In this document: in pieces, positions 51,530 to 62,008 of the stretch | How the letters are laid out: each line of letters begins with the position of its first letter | Position numbering within the stretch: the first letter of the stretch is position 1 | DNA from: an uncultured delta proteobacterium | GTDB lineage: Bacteria > Myxococcota > Myxococcia > Myxococcales > Anaeromyxobacteraceae | Reading direction: 5' to 3' | DNA: 64,000 bases | Assembly (NCBI GenBank): GCA_963814585.1 | Contig: CAWFDF010000004.1 | Coordinates: 448,001-512,000, forward strand | Notes under the pieces: model-generated | What the model was told of the DNA's origin: nothing | The model's database searches: none | What the model saw: only the letters and a program-made list of their open reading frames with translations | Translations under genes and position numbers: made by a program

Positions 51530-51551
51530 GGCGCCGAGTTTCGGCGGGATT

Positions 51552-53297
51552 CTACTCGACGGCTGGTCTGGGCGGTGGGCTTCCGGTCGGGGCGCCTCCC
51601 GGGCCCCCGGCGCCACCTCCACCGCGGCGGCGGCGGCGGCGGCCCCCGCGGCGGCGGCTGGAGCGGCCGGCCGCCTCGGCGGTGCCCGGCTCGCCCGGAC
51701 CGGCGTCGACGATGGTGATGGCGCCCTCGCCTCCGGCCGGGACCGCCTCGGACCGGTCACGCTCGGCGCTGGCCGGCGCGACCGTCACGGTCCGGATCCT
51801 GCCCGCCGGGCCGGCGTGGCCCGGGCGCTGGGCACGGTCTCCGCGGTCCCCACGGTGGCTCTGGCCTCCGCGGTGGCCGCGATCGCGGCCGCCCCGATGG
51901 CCGTGGTCGCCCCCCTGGCCTCGCTCGCGCCCGCCCGGCGCGGGCGGCGGGGGCGGCTGGCGGGCCGCCTCGGCGCTCCAGTGGTGGTAGACGTCGACGC
52001 CGGCGCCGGTGGCCTCGACGGTGATGCGGAGCAGCTGGAGGGCGTCGGCGAAGTAGGGCTGGCCGGCCAGGCCCCGGCCGCGCCGGCGGCGGCGCCCCTG
52101 GGGGCGCGGCTCGAAGAAGATCGACTGTGCGTGAAGGGCGAGCCGGATGCGCTCGGCCACCTTGCGCGGCAGGCGCGAGGTCCGGACCAGCTCCTCGAGC
52201 AGCGCCTCCGCGGCCGGCGAGGCCCGCAGGCCCGGCGCCGCGCCCTCGCCCTCGGCGGCCCCCTCCTCGGGCAGGTCGTCCTCCCCGCCCCGGGACGGAG
52301 GTGCCGCGCCGAGGTGGACCAGCAGGGTGCCCAGCAGCACCGCCTCGGAGACCACCTCGCCGGACCGGACCAGCCGGTCCAGGGCGCCGAGGTGGGCGAC
52401 GAAGTTCCTGCGCTGGGCCTCGTCCCATCCCTCGTGGGCGGCGCTGAGCGCCGGCAGGATCATGGGGAGGGCCCCGCAGGCCCGCAGCAGCGCGAAGGCC
52501 CGGGCCGCGCCGCCGCAGCGGAGCAGCTTGAAGATCTCCTCCAGCACCCGGGCCGGGGCGCAGCGGGCCAGCTCGCCGGCGTGGCGGCGCATGGCCTCGA
52601 AGGTGTCCGGGGCGATGGCGAAGCCGAGCCGGGCGGCGAAGCGGACGGCGCGGAGCGCGCGCACCGGGTCCTCGCGCATGCGCACCTCGGGGTCGCCGAT
52701 GGTGGCCATGCGGCGGGCCTCGAGGTCGGCCCGGCCGCCCACGTAGTCGATGACCTCGCCGGTGGCCGGGTCGTAGAAGAGGCCGTTGACGGTGAAGTCG
52801 CGCCGGACGGCGTCCTCCTCGGCGGTGCCGAAGACGTTGTCGCGGGTGATGAGCAGGTCGCTCTCCTCCCCGGTGTCCTCGGCCACGTCGGTCGGGTTCT
52901 TCCGGAAGGTGGCGACCTCGATCACCTTGCCGTCGCGGAAGTAGACGTGGGCCAGCCTGAAGCGCCGGCCGATCAGCCGGCAGTTGCGGAAGATGGCCCG
53001 CACCTCGCCCGGGTGGGCGTCGGTGGCGAGGTCGAAGTCCTTGGGCTTGTGGTCGAGCAGCAGGTCGCGGACGCAGCCGCCCACGAAGTAGGCCTTGTGG
53101 CCCATGTGCCGCAGCCGGTAGACGACGCGCAGGGCGTCCTGGTCGAGCCGGTCGACCGGGATCTCCGGGTCGTGGGCCGGCGTCGGGATGGGGGGGTCGA
53201 GCGCGAGGCCGGCGGGCGGCGCTCCGCGGGAGGCGTCGTCGTGCTCTTCGTGCTGGCGGGGGGGGCGCTGCGAGGTGCTGCGGTTCGATTCGTTCAT
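51552..53297 (-). CDS. pcnB: Poly(A) polymerase I
   Basis: VGGCVRD, KDFD, PAP signature LIGRRFRLAHVYF, RRDFTVN, EDPVR. Confidence 0.92.
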   Translation of the reverse strand: MNESNRSTSQRPPRQHEEHDDASRGAPPAGLALDPPIPTPAHDPEIPVDRLDQDALRVVYRLRHMGHKAYFVGGCVRDLLLDHKPKDFDLATDAHPGEVRAIFRNCRLIGRRFRLAHVYFRDGKVIEVATFRKNPTDVAEDTGEESDLLITRDNVFGTAEEDAVRRDFTVNGLFYDPATGEVIDYVGGRADLEARRMATIGDPEVRMREDPVRALRAVRFAARLGFAIAPDTFEAMRRHAGELARCAPARVLEEIFKLLRCGGAARAFALLRACGALPMILPALSAAHEGWDEAQRRNFVAHLGALDRLVRSGEVVSEAVLLGTLLVHLGAAPPSRGGEDDLPEEGAAEGEGAAPGLRASPAAEALLEELVRTSRLPRKVAERIRLALHAQSIFFEPRPQGRRRRRGRGLAGQPYFADALQLLRITVEATGAGVDVYHHWSAEAARQPPPPPAPGGRERGQGGDHGHRGGRDRGHRGGQSHRGDRGDRAQRPGHAGPAGRIRTVTVAPASAERDRSEAVPAGGEGAITIVDAGPGEPGTAEAAGRSSRRRGGRRRRRRGGGGAGGPGGAPTGSPPPRPAVE

Positions 53298-53385
53298 GCA
53301 TGCGCCGGATCCGGGGGGCGCCCGCGCCGTGGGAGATCCACTGGCCGGAACGCACCGACACCGTCGGGCTCGTTCTCCGAGCGAG

Positions 53386-53414
53386 GTCTTACCGGGTGCC
53401 TCGCTGTGAGTCAA
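53386..53414 (-). promoter_or_regulatory. Sigma70-type promoter of pcnB
   Basis: TTGACT-N17-TAAGAC. Confidence 0.55.
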
Positions 53415-53489
53415 TCGCTCGGCCGCCCCGGCGCCCCGTGGGCGGCCGCCGTCGGCCGGGCGCGGCCGTCCAGGCGGCGGTCGCCAGGA

Positions 53490-54323
53490 TCATCGTGGTG
53501 CCTCCGGGTCGAACAGCGCCCGCTGCACGGGACGCTCGCCCAGCGCCTCCCGGACCGGCGCGAAGCTGCGCCGGTGGAGCGGGCACGGGCCGAGCCGGCG
53601 AAGCGCCTCCAGGTGCTCGGGCGCGCCGTACCCCTTGTGCCGGGCGAAGCCGTAGCCCGGGAAGCGCGCCTCGGCCTCCACCATCATGGCGTCCCGGGTG
53701 GTCTTGGCGATGACGCTGGCCGCGGCGATGGAGAGGCTCCTGGCGTCGCCCTTCACGATCCCCTGCTGCGGCCAGGCCACGCCGGGGACCCGGCGCGCGT
53801 CCACCAGCAGGTGCTGGGGCGCCGGCGACAGGCGCTCGACGGCGCGGCGCATGGCCAGCAGGCCGGCCTGGTAGACGTTGAGCGCGTCGACCTCCAGGTG
53901 CGTGGCGAGGCCCACGCCCCAGGCCAGCGCGCCGGCCTTGACCTCGGCGGCCAGCCGGTCGCGGGCGGACTCGTCGAGCTGCTTCGAGTCGTCCAGGCCG
54001 CGGGGGCGCAGGCTCCGCGGGAGGATCACCGCGGCCGCCACCACCGGTCCGGCCAGCGGCCCCACCCCGGCCTCGTCGACCCCGGCGATCCGCTCCACGC
54101 CCGCCTCCCAGAGCGGCGTCTCGAACTCGAGCAGCCGGCGCAGCCGCTGCCCCTCGGCCCGGCTGGCGGCGCGGGTCCGCGCCACGGCGGCCAGCACCGC
54201 ACGGGCTCCGGCCCGGGGGTCGGCGGCCAGCGCCGCGGCGTCGGCGTCGCCCAGCGGCTCGCCCCGGGTCAGGAAGCGATCGCGAAGCTCGGCGACGGAG
54301 CAGGCGGCGGGGTCGAGCGGCAT
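53490..54323 (-). CDS. rnhB: Ribonuclease HII
   Basis: [45 protein letters not shown]. Confidence 0.96.
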   Translation of the reverse strand: MPLDPAACSVAELRDRFLTRGEPLGDADAAALAADPRAGARAVLAAVARTRAASRAEGQRLRRLLEFETPLWEAGVERIAGVDEAGVGPLAGPVVAAAVILPRSLRPRGLDDSKQLDESARDRLAAEVKAGALAWGVGLATHLEVDALNVYQAGLLAMRRAVERLSPAPQHLLVDARRVPGVAWPQQGIVKGDARSLSIAAASVIAKTTRDAMMVEAEARFPGYGFARHKGYGAPEHLEALRRLGPCPLHRRSFAPVREALGERPVQRALFDPEAPR

Positions 54324-54406
54324 GCGACCGGATGGTAGCACCGCGGCCAGGTCCCGCCGGGCCCTGCGGGTCCTGGCCCGTCCCGACGCGCCGCCGCGGG
54401 CGATTC

Positions 54407-56713
54407 TCAGTCCCCCGCCGGTCCCGACCCGGCCCCCTGGGACCGGCCGGCCAGCTCCGGGTGGGCCGCCAGGAGGGCGCGCACCTCGCCCAGCACCCCG
54501 CGCCGGGACCAGTGCGACAGGGCCACCTGGAGCACGGGGAGGCTGTTCGGGCGCTCGACCACCAGCGCGCGGAGCGGCTCGTCGAAGCGGCGCGTGCCGT
54601 GAAGGGCGACGCGCACCACCAGGCTGCGCGCATAGGCCTGCAAGGCCTCCTGGGGTCGGCGCAGGTCGAGGAGCGCCTGCGCCCGCTCGAACTCCCCGTA
54701 GGGCGCCGCCTGGGGGAACCTGGCGACGACCCAGGTGGCGTCCGCCAGGGCTCCCGCCGCATCACCCCAGCGCCGGCGCTGCCTGGCCAGCGCGTAGCGC
54801 GCGCTGGCGGGGTCGTGGAGCGCCGCCAGCGCCGCCTCCCAGCGCGGCAGCTCGGGGGCGCCGTGGACCGTGCCGGCGGCCACGGCGCGAGCCAGGCCGT
54901 CCAGGGTCCCGGGCCAGCGCGCCAGCGAGCGGCGCACCCGCTCGAGCGCCTCGACCGGGCGGCCTCCGGCCAGCACGCAGTCGGCGATCACCAGGTCCGG
55001 GTCGAGGGAGGCATCGGCCACGGCGCCGCGGAATCCCGCCTCGGCGGCCCGCTCGGCGAGCGGCACGGCGAGATCGCAGCGGCCCGCCGCCGCGAGCAGC
55101 ACGGCCTGGAGGTGGGCGTCGGCCGGCCGCGAGTCACCGTACGCCACCCTGGCGCGCTCGGCGGCGCGCAGGGCCAGCTCGGGCTCGTCCGAGTCGAGCC
55201 CGTAGCCCCGCCTGGAGAAGGGCAGGACGTGATCGGGGAAGGCGGCCTGCTCCTCCAGGAACAGGGCCCGCGCCTGGTCCCATCGACCGGCGCGCCGGAG
55301 GACGTCGACGGCTGACCGGGCCGGGACCGCCCGCTGACGCTCCTCGAGGCGGCGCTCGTCGCGCACGAAGCCCGGCAGGAGGAGGAGGGCCGGCAGCGCC
55401 GCCACGGCGGCCCGCGAGAGCAGCTGCCCGGCCTGCCGGCGGGCCTCCACCAGGGCGGCCACGGCCACGCCGGAAAGCAAGCACCAGGCCGGCAGGATTC
55501 CCAGGGTGTAGCGCGTCTGGACGTAGAACACCGCACCCGTGGCGGCACCCGCGAGGACCCACGCCACCACCAGCCGTGTCGGCCCGGAGCGCCGCAGGCC
55601 GAGGAGCAGGCCGGCCGCGCCGGCCAGCGTGAGCCAGTCGAGCGGCACGCTGGCGCCCCGGCTCGCCGCCAGCGGCGCGGCGGCATCCGGGACGTCGGCG
55701 TCGCTCCCTGGAGCCGCCACCAGGAAGACCAGCTTTCGCCCCAGCTGGCGAAGGAAGGCGCCGGGCTCGGCCCGGGCGAAGGCCATGGTCCGCTCGACCC
55801 AGTACCGCTCGGCCCTCGCGGCGGGGAGCGGCCCATCGCTGGCGACCTCGGCCAGGTCCCGGTAGAGCTGGTGGGCGCGGTCGGGCCTTCGGTCCGGCCG
55901 GCCCTGGTCCAGGAGCTCCACCATCTTGAGCAGGACGGGAAACGTCGGTCCCAGGCCGGTCCCTTCCGGCCGGTGGCCCTGGTGGAACACCTGCCCGGCG
56001 CTCATGGTGGCGGCCCACGGCTGGCCGGCGCGCAGCTGGAGCCACCCGGTGGGAAGGAGCGCCGCCGAGGCCAGCGCCGCCGTGAAGGCCAGCCCGTGAA
56101 GCAGGCCGGCCCGCCATCCCCGGGCGCCCCACCTCGCCCTGACGAGCCAGGCCAGGGCCAGGACCGCGAAGAGGAGCGCCGTCGGCCGCAGCGCTGCCGC
56201 CAGCCCGAGCGCACCGCCCGCCGCCAGGGCACCGGCGCGGCGCTCGGGCCGGCCGATCACCAGCGCCGCCGCCGCCGCCGTGGCGAGCACGCCGATGAGC
56301 AGGTCGGGCTCGAGGACGGCGCCGTAGACGAGCCAGGGCTGGGCCGCCGCCAGCGAGAGCGCAGCCACCCAGGCCGCCGCCCGGCCGGCCAGCCGGAGGC
56401 CGAGGCGGTGGACCAGCACGATCGTGGCGCCGCCGGCCAGCGCCTGCAGCCAGCGCAGCGCCGTCGGCCCGGCGAGCAGCGAGAGCACCAGGTAGCCAGG
56501 GCTGGCGTCGCTGGCCTCGGCAGGCGAGAGCGCGCCGCGCAGCAGCGCCTCCGCCAGGCGTGGGTACTTGGCGAAGAGCCAGTCCGGGGACAGGAGGCCC
56601 GCCGCGGTGACGTGCGCCACGGCGACGCCCAGGAGGACCAGATCGGCCGCATGGGCCCGGGCCCGTTCGAGGAGGATCGCTGGGAATCCAGGCAGGGCTG
56701 GACCGGACGTCAC
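54407..56713 (-). CDS. GT-C-type (ArnT/PMT-like) membrane glycosyltransferase with C-terminal TPR-like region
   Basis: Multi-TM; SPGY, LQAL, LEPD, LRPT; helical repeats at the C-terminus. Start set at the GTG 8 nt after TACCAT. Confidence 0.65.
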   Translation of the reverse strand: MTSGPALPGFPAILLERARAHAADLVLLGVAVAHVTAAGLLSPDWLFAKYPRLAEALLRGALSPAEASDASPGYLVLSLLAGPTALRWLQALAGGATIVLVHRLGLRLAGRAAAWVAALSLAAAQPWLVYGAVLEPDLLIGVLATAAAAALVIGRPERRAGALAAGGALGLAAALRPTALLFAVLALAWLVRARWGARGWRAGLLHGLAFTAALASAALLPTGWLQLRAGQPWAATMSAGQVFHQGHRPEGTGLGPTFPVLLKMVELLDQGRPDRRPDRAHQLYRDLAEVASDGPLPAARAERYWVERTMAFARAEPGAFLRQLGRKLVFLVAAPGSDADVPDAAAPLAASRGASVPLDWLTLAGAAGLLLGLRRSGPTRLVVAWVLAGAATGAVFYVQTRYTLGILPAWCLLSGVAVAALVEARRQAGQLLSRAAVAALPALLLLPGFVRDERRLEERQRAVPARSAVDVLRRAGRWDQARALFLEEQAAFPDHVLPFSRRGYGLDSDEPELALRAAERARVAYGDSRPADAHLQAVLLAAAGRCDLAVPLAERAAEAGFRGAVADASLDPDLVIADCVLAGGRPVEALERVRRSLARWPGTLDGLARAVAAGTVHGAPELPRWEAALAALHDPASARYALARQRRRWGDAAGALADATWVVARFPQAAPYGEFERAQALLDLRRPQEALQAYARSLVVRVALHGTRRFDEPLRALVVERPNSLPVLQVALSHWSRRGVLGEVRALLAAHPELAGRSQGAGSGPAGD

Positions 56714-56788
56714 GCGGGCGGATGGTAGCACCTCGTCCGCCCCGGAATGCCACCGGGGCACCCCGCGTCCTCCCCGGCGTCGGCCCGG

Positions 56789-57619
56789 CTACCGCTGGCA
56801 ACGCCGACAGAAGTAGCTGGAGCGCTGCGCCTGGACCAGCCGCTCCACGGCGCCGCCGCAGCCCCGGTGGCGGCAGCGCCCGCCCTCCCGCCCGTAGACG
56901 TGGAACGGGTTCTCGCCCCCCTCCTCCAGGTACTCGATCTCGGGCACGTCGAGCCCGGCCAGGCCGAAGCGGAGCGAGGCGCGGACGGACCGCGCCAGCC
57001 GGGCCACCTCGGCCGCCGTGAGCGAGTCGCCGCGCCGCCGCGGGTCGAGCCGGGCCCGCCAGCAGGCCTCCGAGGCGTGGATGTTGCCGACGCCGGCCAG
57101 CAGCGACTGGTCGAGCAGCGCCACCTTGACCGCGCGTCGGGTGGCGCCGAGGCGGGTCGCCAGCCGCTCCAGGTCGATGTGGGCGGCCAGCGGATCGGGC
57201 CCGAGCGCCGCCAGCTGCGGCCAGGCGTCGAACCGCGCCCCTGGCACCAGGCGCAGCCGGCCGAACTTCCGCGGGTCCACGTAGTGGACCGCCGCGTCGT
57301 CGTCGAGCCGGAGCGTGAGCCGGACGTGGCCCGGCAGCGGGGCCCCGGCGTCCCGCCGCAGCCACTTGCCGGTCATGCCGAGGTGGGCGTTGACGCCGAG
57401 CGGGCCGCGCGGCGTCGTGAGCGTCAGCAGCAGCTGCTTGCCGTGGCGGGCCACGGCCTCCACCCGGGCGCCGCGCAGGGCGCGAGCGAAGGCGGGCGGG
57501 CTCCCCGGCCGGAAGAGCCGGCGGTCGCGTGGATCGCAGGCCGCCGCCACCACCCGGCGACCGACCAGCCAGCGGCGCAGCTGGCGGGCCGCCCATTCGA
57601 CCTCGGGCAGCTCGGGCAC
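56789..57619 (-). CDS. mutM: Formamidopyrimidine-DNA glycosylase
   Basis: MPELPEVE, HLGMTG, DPRKFG, LLDQSLLAGVGNI, C-terminal zinc finger. Confidence 0.95.
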   Translation of the reverse strand: MPELPEVEWAARQLRRWLVGRRVVAAACDPRDRRLFRPGSPPAFARALRGARVEAVARHGKQLLLTLTTPRGPLGVNAHLGMTGKWLRRDAGAPLPGHVRLTLRLDDDAAVHYVDPRKFGRLRLVPGARFDAWPQLAALGPDPLAAHIDLERLATRLGATRRAVKVALLDQSLLAGVGNIHASEACWRARLDPRRRGDSLTAAEVARLARSVRASLRFGLAGLDVPEIEYLEEGGENPFHVYGREGGRCRHRGCGGAVERLVQAQRSSYFCRRCQR

Positions 57620-57643
57620 CTAGTGCCTCGCCCCAGGCACTAG
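57620..57643. repeat. 24-bp CTAG-bounded palindrome related to the element end at 11254
   Basis: CTAGTGCCT-CGCCCC-AGGCACTAG; 18/20 identical to 11254-11273. Confidence 0.65.
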
Positions 57644-59301
57644 TCCCTCCGCCGCGTGAAGGCGGCCATGAAGAACCCGTCGGTGCCGTGCCGGTGGGGC
57701 AGGAGCTGCAGGGTGTGGCCGGTGACACCCAGCGCGACGGCCCGCTCCGCCCCCAGCAGCGGCGCCAGCGGCGCCGGGTCGAAGGGGAGCGTGGCGGCGA
57801 GGTGCTCGGCCACGCCCTGGTTCTCGGTCCGACCGATGGCGCAGGTGGCGTAGACCAGCCGCCCGCCCGGCTTCACCAGCCTCGAGAAGCGGGCCACCAG
57901 CGCCTTCTGCAGCGCGGCGAACCTCTCCGGGTCGCCGGGTGCGAGCCGCCAGCGGGCGTCCGGCTTGCGCCGCAGCGTCCCCAGCCCGCTGCACGGGGCG
58001 TCGACGAGGACCACGTCGGCCCGGCCGGCGAGATCCTCGAGCTGGGCGTCGGCCGCCTCGTCGGCGGCGACGGCCCGCACCCGCAGGTTGTCGACCCCGT
58101 CGCGCCGGGCCCGGCGCCGCGCCTCGTCGAGCCGCCCGGCGTCGGAGTCGAGCGCCCAGAGCGTCCCGCGGTTGCGCATCTCGGCGGCCAGCGCCAGCGC
58201 CTTGCCCCCCGCGCCGGCGCAGGCGTCCACCACCGTCCAGCCGGAGCGGGCCCCGCAGCAGAGGGCGATGAGCTGCGAGCCCTCGTCCTGGATCTCGAAG
58301 CGGCCGGCCTTGAAGCTGGGGAGCGCGAAGGCGTTCTGGTGGCCGTCGAGCGTCAGTCCCCAGGGGCTGAAGCGGGTGGGCGTGGCCTGCGTCCCCTCCG
58401 CCGCCAGCGCCGCCTGCAGCGCCTCGCGCGTGCCGCGCAGCAGGTTGGCGCGGACCGTGAGCGGCGCCCGCTGGTTGAGCACGCCCACCAGCGCGACCGC
58501 CTCGGCCTCGCCCAGCTCCTCGATGAAGCGGCGGGCCAGCCAGAAGGGCAGCGAGCCGCGCAGGGCCAGCCGCTCGACGGGATTGGCCAGCGCGCCGAGC
58601 CGGGCATCGCCCTCGCCGAGCCTGCGCAGCGAGGCGGCCGGGACCGCCAGCCGCCGGGCCGCCTCGTCCAGGCCCGCGCCGCCGAAGCGGACCAGCCAGG
58701 CCGCGTACCGGGTGGCGAGGGTGGGGAGCGCGCCGCCGGGGACGGCCAGCAGCCAGTCGAGCTGCCCCTGCCAGCGGGTGATGCCGTAGACGGCCTCGGC
58801 GACGGTTCGCCGCTCGGCGGCGAAGAGCCGGGACTCCCGCAGGGCCCGCTCCAGCGCCCGGTCGGCCAGCCAGCCCTGGTCGTGGACCAGCCCGTGGACC
58901 TCCAGCACGGCGGCGTCGACCTGCTCCAGCCGGAGCGGCCGGCTGGCGGCCTCGGAGGGGCCCCGCTCGACGCGGCGAGCGCCGCCGGGACGGGCGCCGT
59001 GGAACGGCGCTCCACCGGACGACCTTCCACCGGGCCGCGCTCCGCGGGACCACGCTTCACCGGAACGGGCTCCACCGGACTTCACGCCGGCGGAAGCGGC
59101 TTCGTCGGACCGGCCTTCACCGGTATGGGCTCCGAGGTCCCGGCTCCTCGGCTTCCTTCCGTGCCCGCCCTTGCGGGCCCCCTGCCCGCGCTGCCCGCCG
59201 CGGCCGGTCGACCCGGCACGGGACGGGGCCCGGCCATGGCCCCGGCCGTGCCCCGTCCCCGACTTCACCCTGGAGCCCCCGGTCCTCTTCGCGCTGGTCA
59301 C
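57640..59301 (-). CDS. RsmB/NOP-family RNA m5C methyltransferase with low-complexity N-terminus
   Basis: EIQDEGSQL, VDACAGAGGK, LVDAPCSGLG, LVYATC, TDGFF. Confidence 0.9.
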   Translation of the reverse strand: MTSAKRTGGSRVKSGTGHGRGHGRAPSRAGSTGRGGQRGQGARKGGHGRKPRSRDLGAHTGEGRSDEAASAGVKSGGARSGEAWSRGARPGGRSSGGAPFHGARPGGARRVERGPSEAASRPLRLEQVDAAVLEVHGLVHDQGWLADRALERALRESRLFAAERRTVAEAVYGITRWQGQLDWLLAVPGGALPTLATRYAAWLVRFGGAGLDEAARRLAVPAASLRRLGEGDARLGALANPVERLALRGSLPFWLARRFIEELGEAEAVALVGVLNQRAPLTVRANLLRGTREALQAALAAEGTQATPTRFSPWGLTLDGHQNAFALPSFKAGRFEIQDEGSQLIALCCGARSGWTVVDACAGAGGKALALAAEMRNRGTLWALDSDAGRLDEARRRARRDGVDNLRVRAVAADEAADAQLEDLAGRADVVLVDAPCSGLGTLRRKPDARWRLAPGDPERFAALQKALVARFSRLVKPGGRLVYATCAIGRTENQGVAEHLAATLPFDPAPLAPLLGAERAVALGVTGHTLQLLPHRHGTDGFFMAAFTRRRD

Positions 59302-59310
59302 GTCCCCCTT

Positions 59311-59766
59311 CTACAGCGCCTCGAGCAGGCTGGCGACGTGGCCGGCCACCTTCACCTTCGGGATCACCTGCTCCACGCTGCCGTCGGCGCCGACGATCAC
59401 GGTGGTCCGGACGGTCCCCATGACCTTCTTGCCGTACATCACCTTCTCGCCCCAGACACCCCAGGCCTTGTGGACCTCGAGTCCCGGATCGCAGAGCAGC
59501 GGGAACGGCAGCTGGTACTTCTCGGCGAACTTCTTCTGGGCGGCCGGGGCGTCCTTGGAGATCCCCACCACCGCCACCTTCTTCCTCGTGAACGCGTCGA
59601 CTTCGTCACGGAAGTCGCAGGCCTCCTGCGTTCAACCAGGGGTCGACGCCTTGGGGTAGAAGAAGACCACCACCCGCTTCCCCTTGAATCCCGAGAGCTT
59701 CACCGGCCGGCCGTCCTGATCCGGCAGCGTGAAGTCCGGGGCCTTCCTGCCCACCTCGAGTGTCAT
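59311..59766 (-). CDS. bcp: BCP/PrxQ peroxiredoxin, selenoprotein (Sec45)
   Basis: [19 protein letters not shown]...[10 protein letters not shown][TGA]TQEACDFRD...; 151 aa with read-through. Confidence 0.9.
59589..59634 (-). promoter_or_regulatory. Bacterial SECIS-like hairpin
   Basis: mRNA UGAACGC...CGACUUC-CGUGAC-GAAGUCG...GCGUUCA immediately 3' of the UGA. Confidence 0.75.
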
Positions 59767-60016
59767 GCGATGCCTCCCGCTTCCATCCTAGCGCCGCAGG
59801 CGGCCGGACGCCGCGCTCCCGCCAGCGGGGTGGCCAGTGGCGGTGGCACCGGTCGATCCTGGCCCCCGGCCGCTCGCCCCTGCGGCCGGCTGTCTGACCG
59901 AAAAGGCGAGGGGTCAAGGCGGCTTGCGGTGACACGGCCGCCGTGCTAGATCGCCGGTCCCCACTCGTCTCGTGACCTGGGGGGGCGACCCGAGGCCTGG
60001 GCGCCAGCTTCACCAC

Positions 60017-60112
60017 TACGCACACGCCCCGGCAGTGCGCTCCGGTGCCCGAGTCCATGATCTCGGGCTCTTCGCGCACGGCAGCTCCGGGACGTGGTGG
60101 ACACCAACCGGA
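60017..60112 (+). ncRNA. rpsB 5' leader (t44 / S2 autoregulatory RNA-like)
   Basis: CACACG..CGGCA...CCGGTGCCC hairpin...GGGACGTGGTGGACACCAACC directly upstream of rpsB; resembles the t44 pattern as I recall it. Confidence 0.6.
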
Positions 60113-60119
60113 GAACCAC

Positions 60120-61136
60120 ATGGAAGAGACCACGCAGACCCCTGCCGTCGAAGCCCCCCCCGTCGAGGCCGCCGCCGCCGACGCCCCCGCCACCCCCGCC
60201 GCCGAGCCGACCATGGCCGCCGCCCTCACCTCGAGCGGCACGGCCATCAGCATGAAGCAGCTGCTGGAGGCCGGCGTCCACTTCGGCCACCAGACCAAGC
60301 GCTGGAACCCGAAGATGAAGCCGTACATCTTCGGCGCCCGCAACGGCATCTACATCATCGACCTGCAGAAGACGGTCGGCCTGGCCAGGAACGCGCTCCG
60401 CTTCGTCTCCGACGCGGTGGCCAAGGGCGGCTCGGTGCTCTTCGTCGGCACCAAGAAGCAGGCCCAGGACGCCGTCCGCGAGGAGGCCTCCCGCTCCGGC
60501 CAGTACTTCGTGACCAACCGCTGGCTGGGCGGCACGCTCACCAACTTCAAGACCATCCGGACCGGCATCGAGCGGCTCAAGACGCTCGAGAAGATGAAGG
60601 AGGACGGCACCTACGACCGCCTCCCCAAGAAGGAGGTCGCCTCCAACGAGCGGGAGCGCGAGAAGCTGGAGAAGAACCTGGGCGGCATCAAGGACCTGTC
60701 CCGCCTCCCGTCCGCCATCTTCGTCATCGACACCAAGAAGGAGCACATCGCGGTGCACGAGGCCAACCGGCTCGGCATCCCGGTGGTGGCGGTGGTCGAC
60801 ACCAACTGCGATCCCGAGGGGATCGACTACGTGATCCCGGGCAACGACGACGCCATCCGCTCCATCCGGCTCTTCACCGGCAAGGTCGCCGAGGCCTGCC
60901 TGGAGGGGAAGTCGCGCCACGCCCGCTGGGTGGCCGAGCACGGCGTCCAGGAGGAGCGCGGCGAGGACCGCGACGCCGCCAGCGAGCGCGGCTCGAAGGA
61001 CCGCCGTGATCGCGGAGGCCGCGGCGGCCAGCGCCGCGAGCGGCGCGATGACCGCGGCGCCGCCAGCGCCAACGTCGAGGTGCTCCGCAAGGGCGAGGTC
61101 GCCCCCGCCCCGGCCCCCGAGCCCGCGCCGGAGTAG
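60120..61136 (+). CDS. rpsB: 30S ribosomal protein S2 with N- and C-terminal extensions
   Basis: [55 protein letters not shown]. Confidence 0.98.
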   Translation: MEETTQTPAVEAPPVEAAAADAPATPAAEPTMAAALTSSGTAISMKQLLEAGVHFGHQTKRWNPKMKPYIFGARNGIYIIDLQKTVGLARNALRFVSDAVAKGGSVLFVGTKKQAQDAVREEASRSGQYFVTNRWLGGTLTNFKTIRTGIERLKTLEKMKEDGTYDRLPKKEVASNEREREKLEKNLGGIKDLSRLPSAIFVIDTKKEHIAVHEANRLGIPVVAVVDTNCDPEGIDYVIPGNDDAIRSIRLFTGKVAEACLEGKSRHARWVAEHGVQEERGEDRDAASERGSKDRRDRGGRGGQRRERRDDRGAASANVEVLRKGEVAPAPAPEPAPE

Positions 61137-61228
61137 CCGGCCGCGCCTTCATTCGCATCGACACCCGGGGGCGGGCCGCAGCCGGCTCGCCCCCGCCGCA
61201 CATCGCATTCCCTGGGAGGATCGACGAC

Positions 61229-61888
61229 ATGGCCGAGATCACCGCCAAGATGGTGCAGGAGCTCCGCGAGAAGACCGGGGCCGGCATGATGGACTGCAAG
61301 AAGATGCTCACCGAGGCGGCCGGCGACATGGCCAGGGCCGAGGAGCTGCTGAAGCAGAAGGGGATGGCCTCCGCCGCCAAGAAGTCCGGGCGGACCGCCA
61401 CCGAGGGCGCCGTCACCTCCTACATCCACCTGGGCGGCAAGATCGGCGTCCTCCTCGAGGTCAACTGCGAGACCGACTTCGCCGCCCGCAACGAGGGCTT
61501 CCAGGCCCTGGTGAAGGACCTGGCCATGCAGGTGGCCGCCGCCTCGCCGCTCTACGTGCGGCGCGAGGAGGTCCCCGCCGAGCTGGTCCAGGTGGAGACG
61601 GAGCTCGTCAAGGCCCAGCTGCGCGAGCAGAAGAAGCCGGAGGCCATGCTGGAGAAGATCGCCGCCGGCAAGCTCGACCGGTACTTCTCCGAGGTGGTGC
61701 TGCTCGAGCAGCCCTTCGTGAAGGACGACAAGAAGAAGGTCGCCGACATCGTCGCCGAGGCGGTGGCCAAGATCGGCGAGAACATCCAGGTCCGGCGCTT
61801 CACGCGCTACGCGCTGGGCGAGGGGCTGGAGAAGAAGCAGGAGAACTACGCCGAGGAGGTCGCCAAGGCGGCCGGCGCGGTCAAGTAG
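61229..61888 (+). CDS. tsf: Elongation factor Ts (short form)
   Basis: ELREKTGAGMMDCKK, EVNCETDF, LLEQPFVKD, IGENIQVRRF. Confidence 0.98.
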   Translation: MAEITAKMVQELREKTGAGMMDCKKMLTEAAGDMARAEELLKQKGMASAAKKSGRTATEGAVTSYIHLGGKIGVLLEVNCETDFAARNEGFQALVKDLAMQVAAASPLYVRREEVPAELVQVETELVKAQLREQKKPEAMLEKIAAGKLDRYFSEVVLLEQPFVKDDKKKVADIVAEAVAKIGENIQVRRFTRYALGEGLEKKQENYAEEVAKAAGAVK

Positions 61889-61914
61889 CCCAGCTCCCCT
61901 CCGATCCGCGGTCC

Positions 61915-61958
61915 CGACGCCCCGCCCCGCCTCCGCGCGGCGCGGGGCGTCGTCGTTT
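61915..61958 (+). terminator. Probable terminator after tsf
   Basis: CGACGCCCC...GGGGCGTCG stem followed by TCGTTT. Confidence 0.55.
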
Positions 61959-62008
61959 CCCCGGCCGGTGCGGTGCGCCGGTCCAGGCGGCTACAATGCA
62001 CCCGGGGA

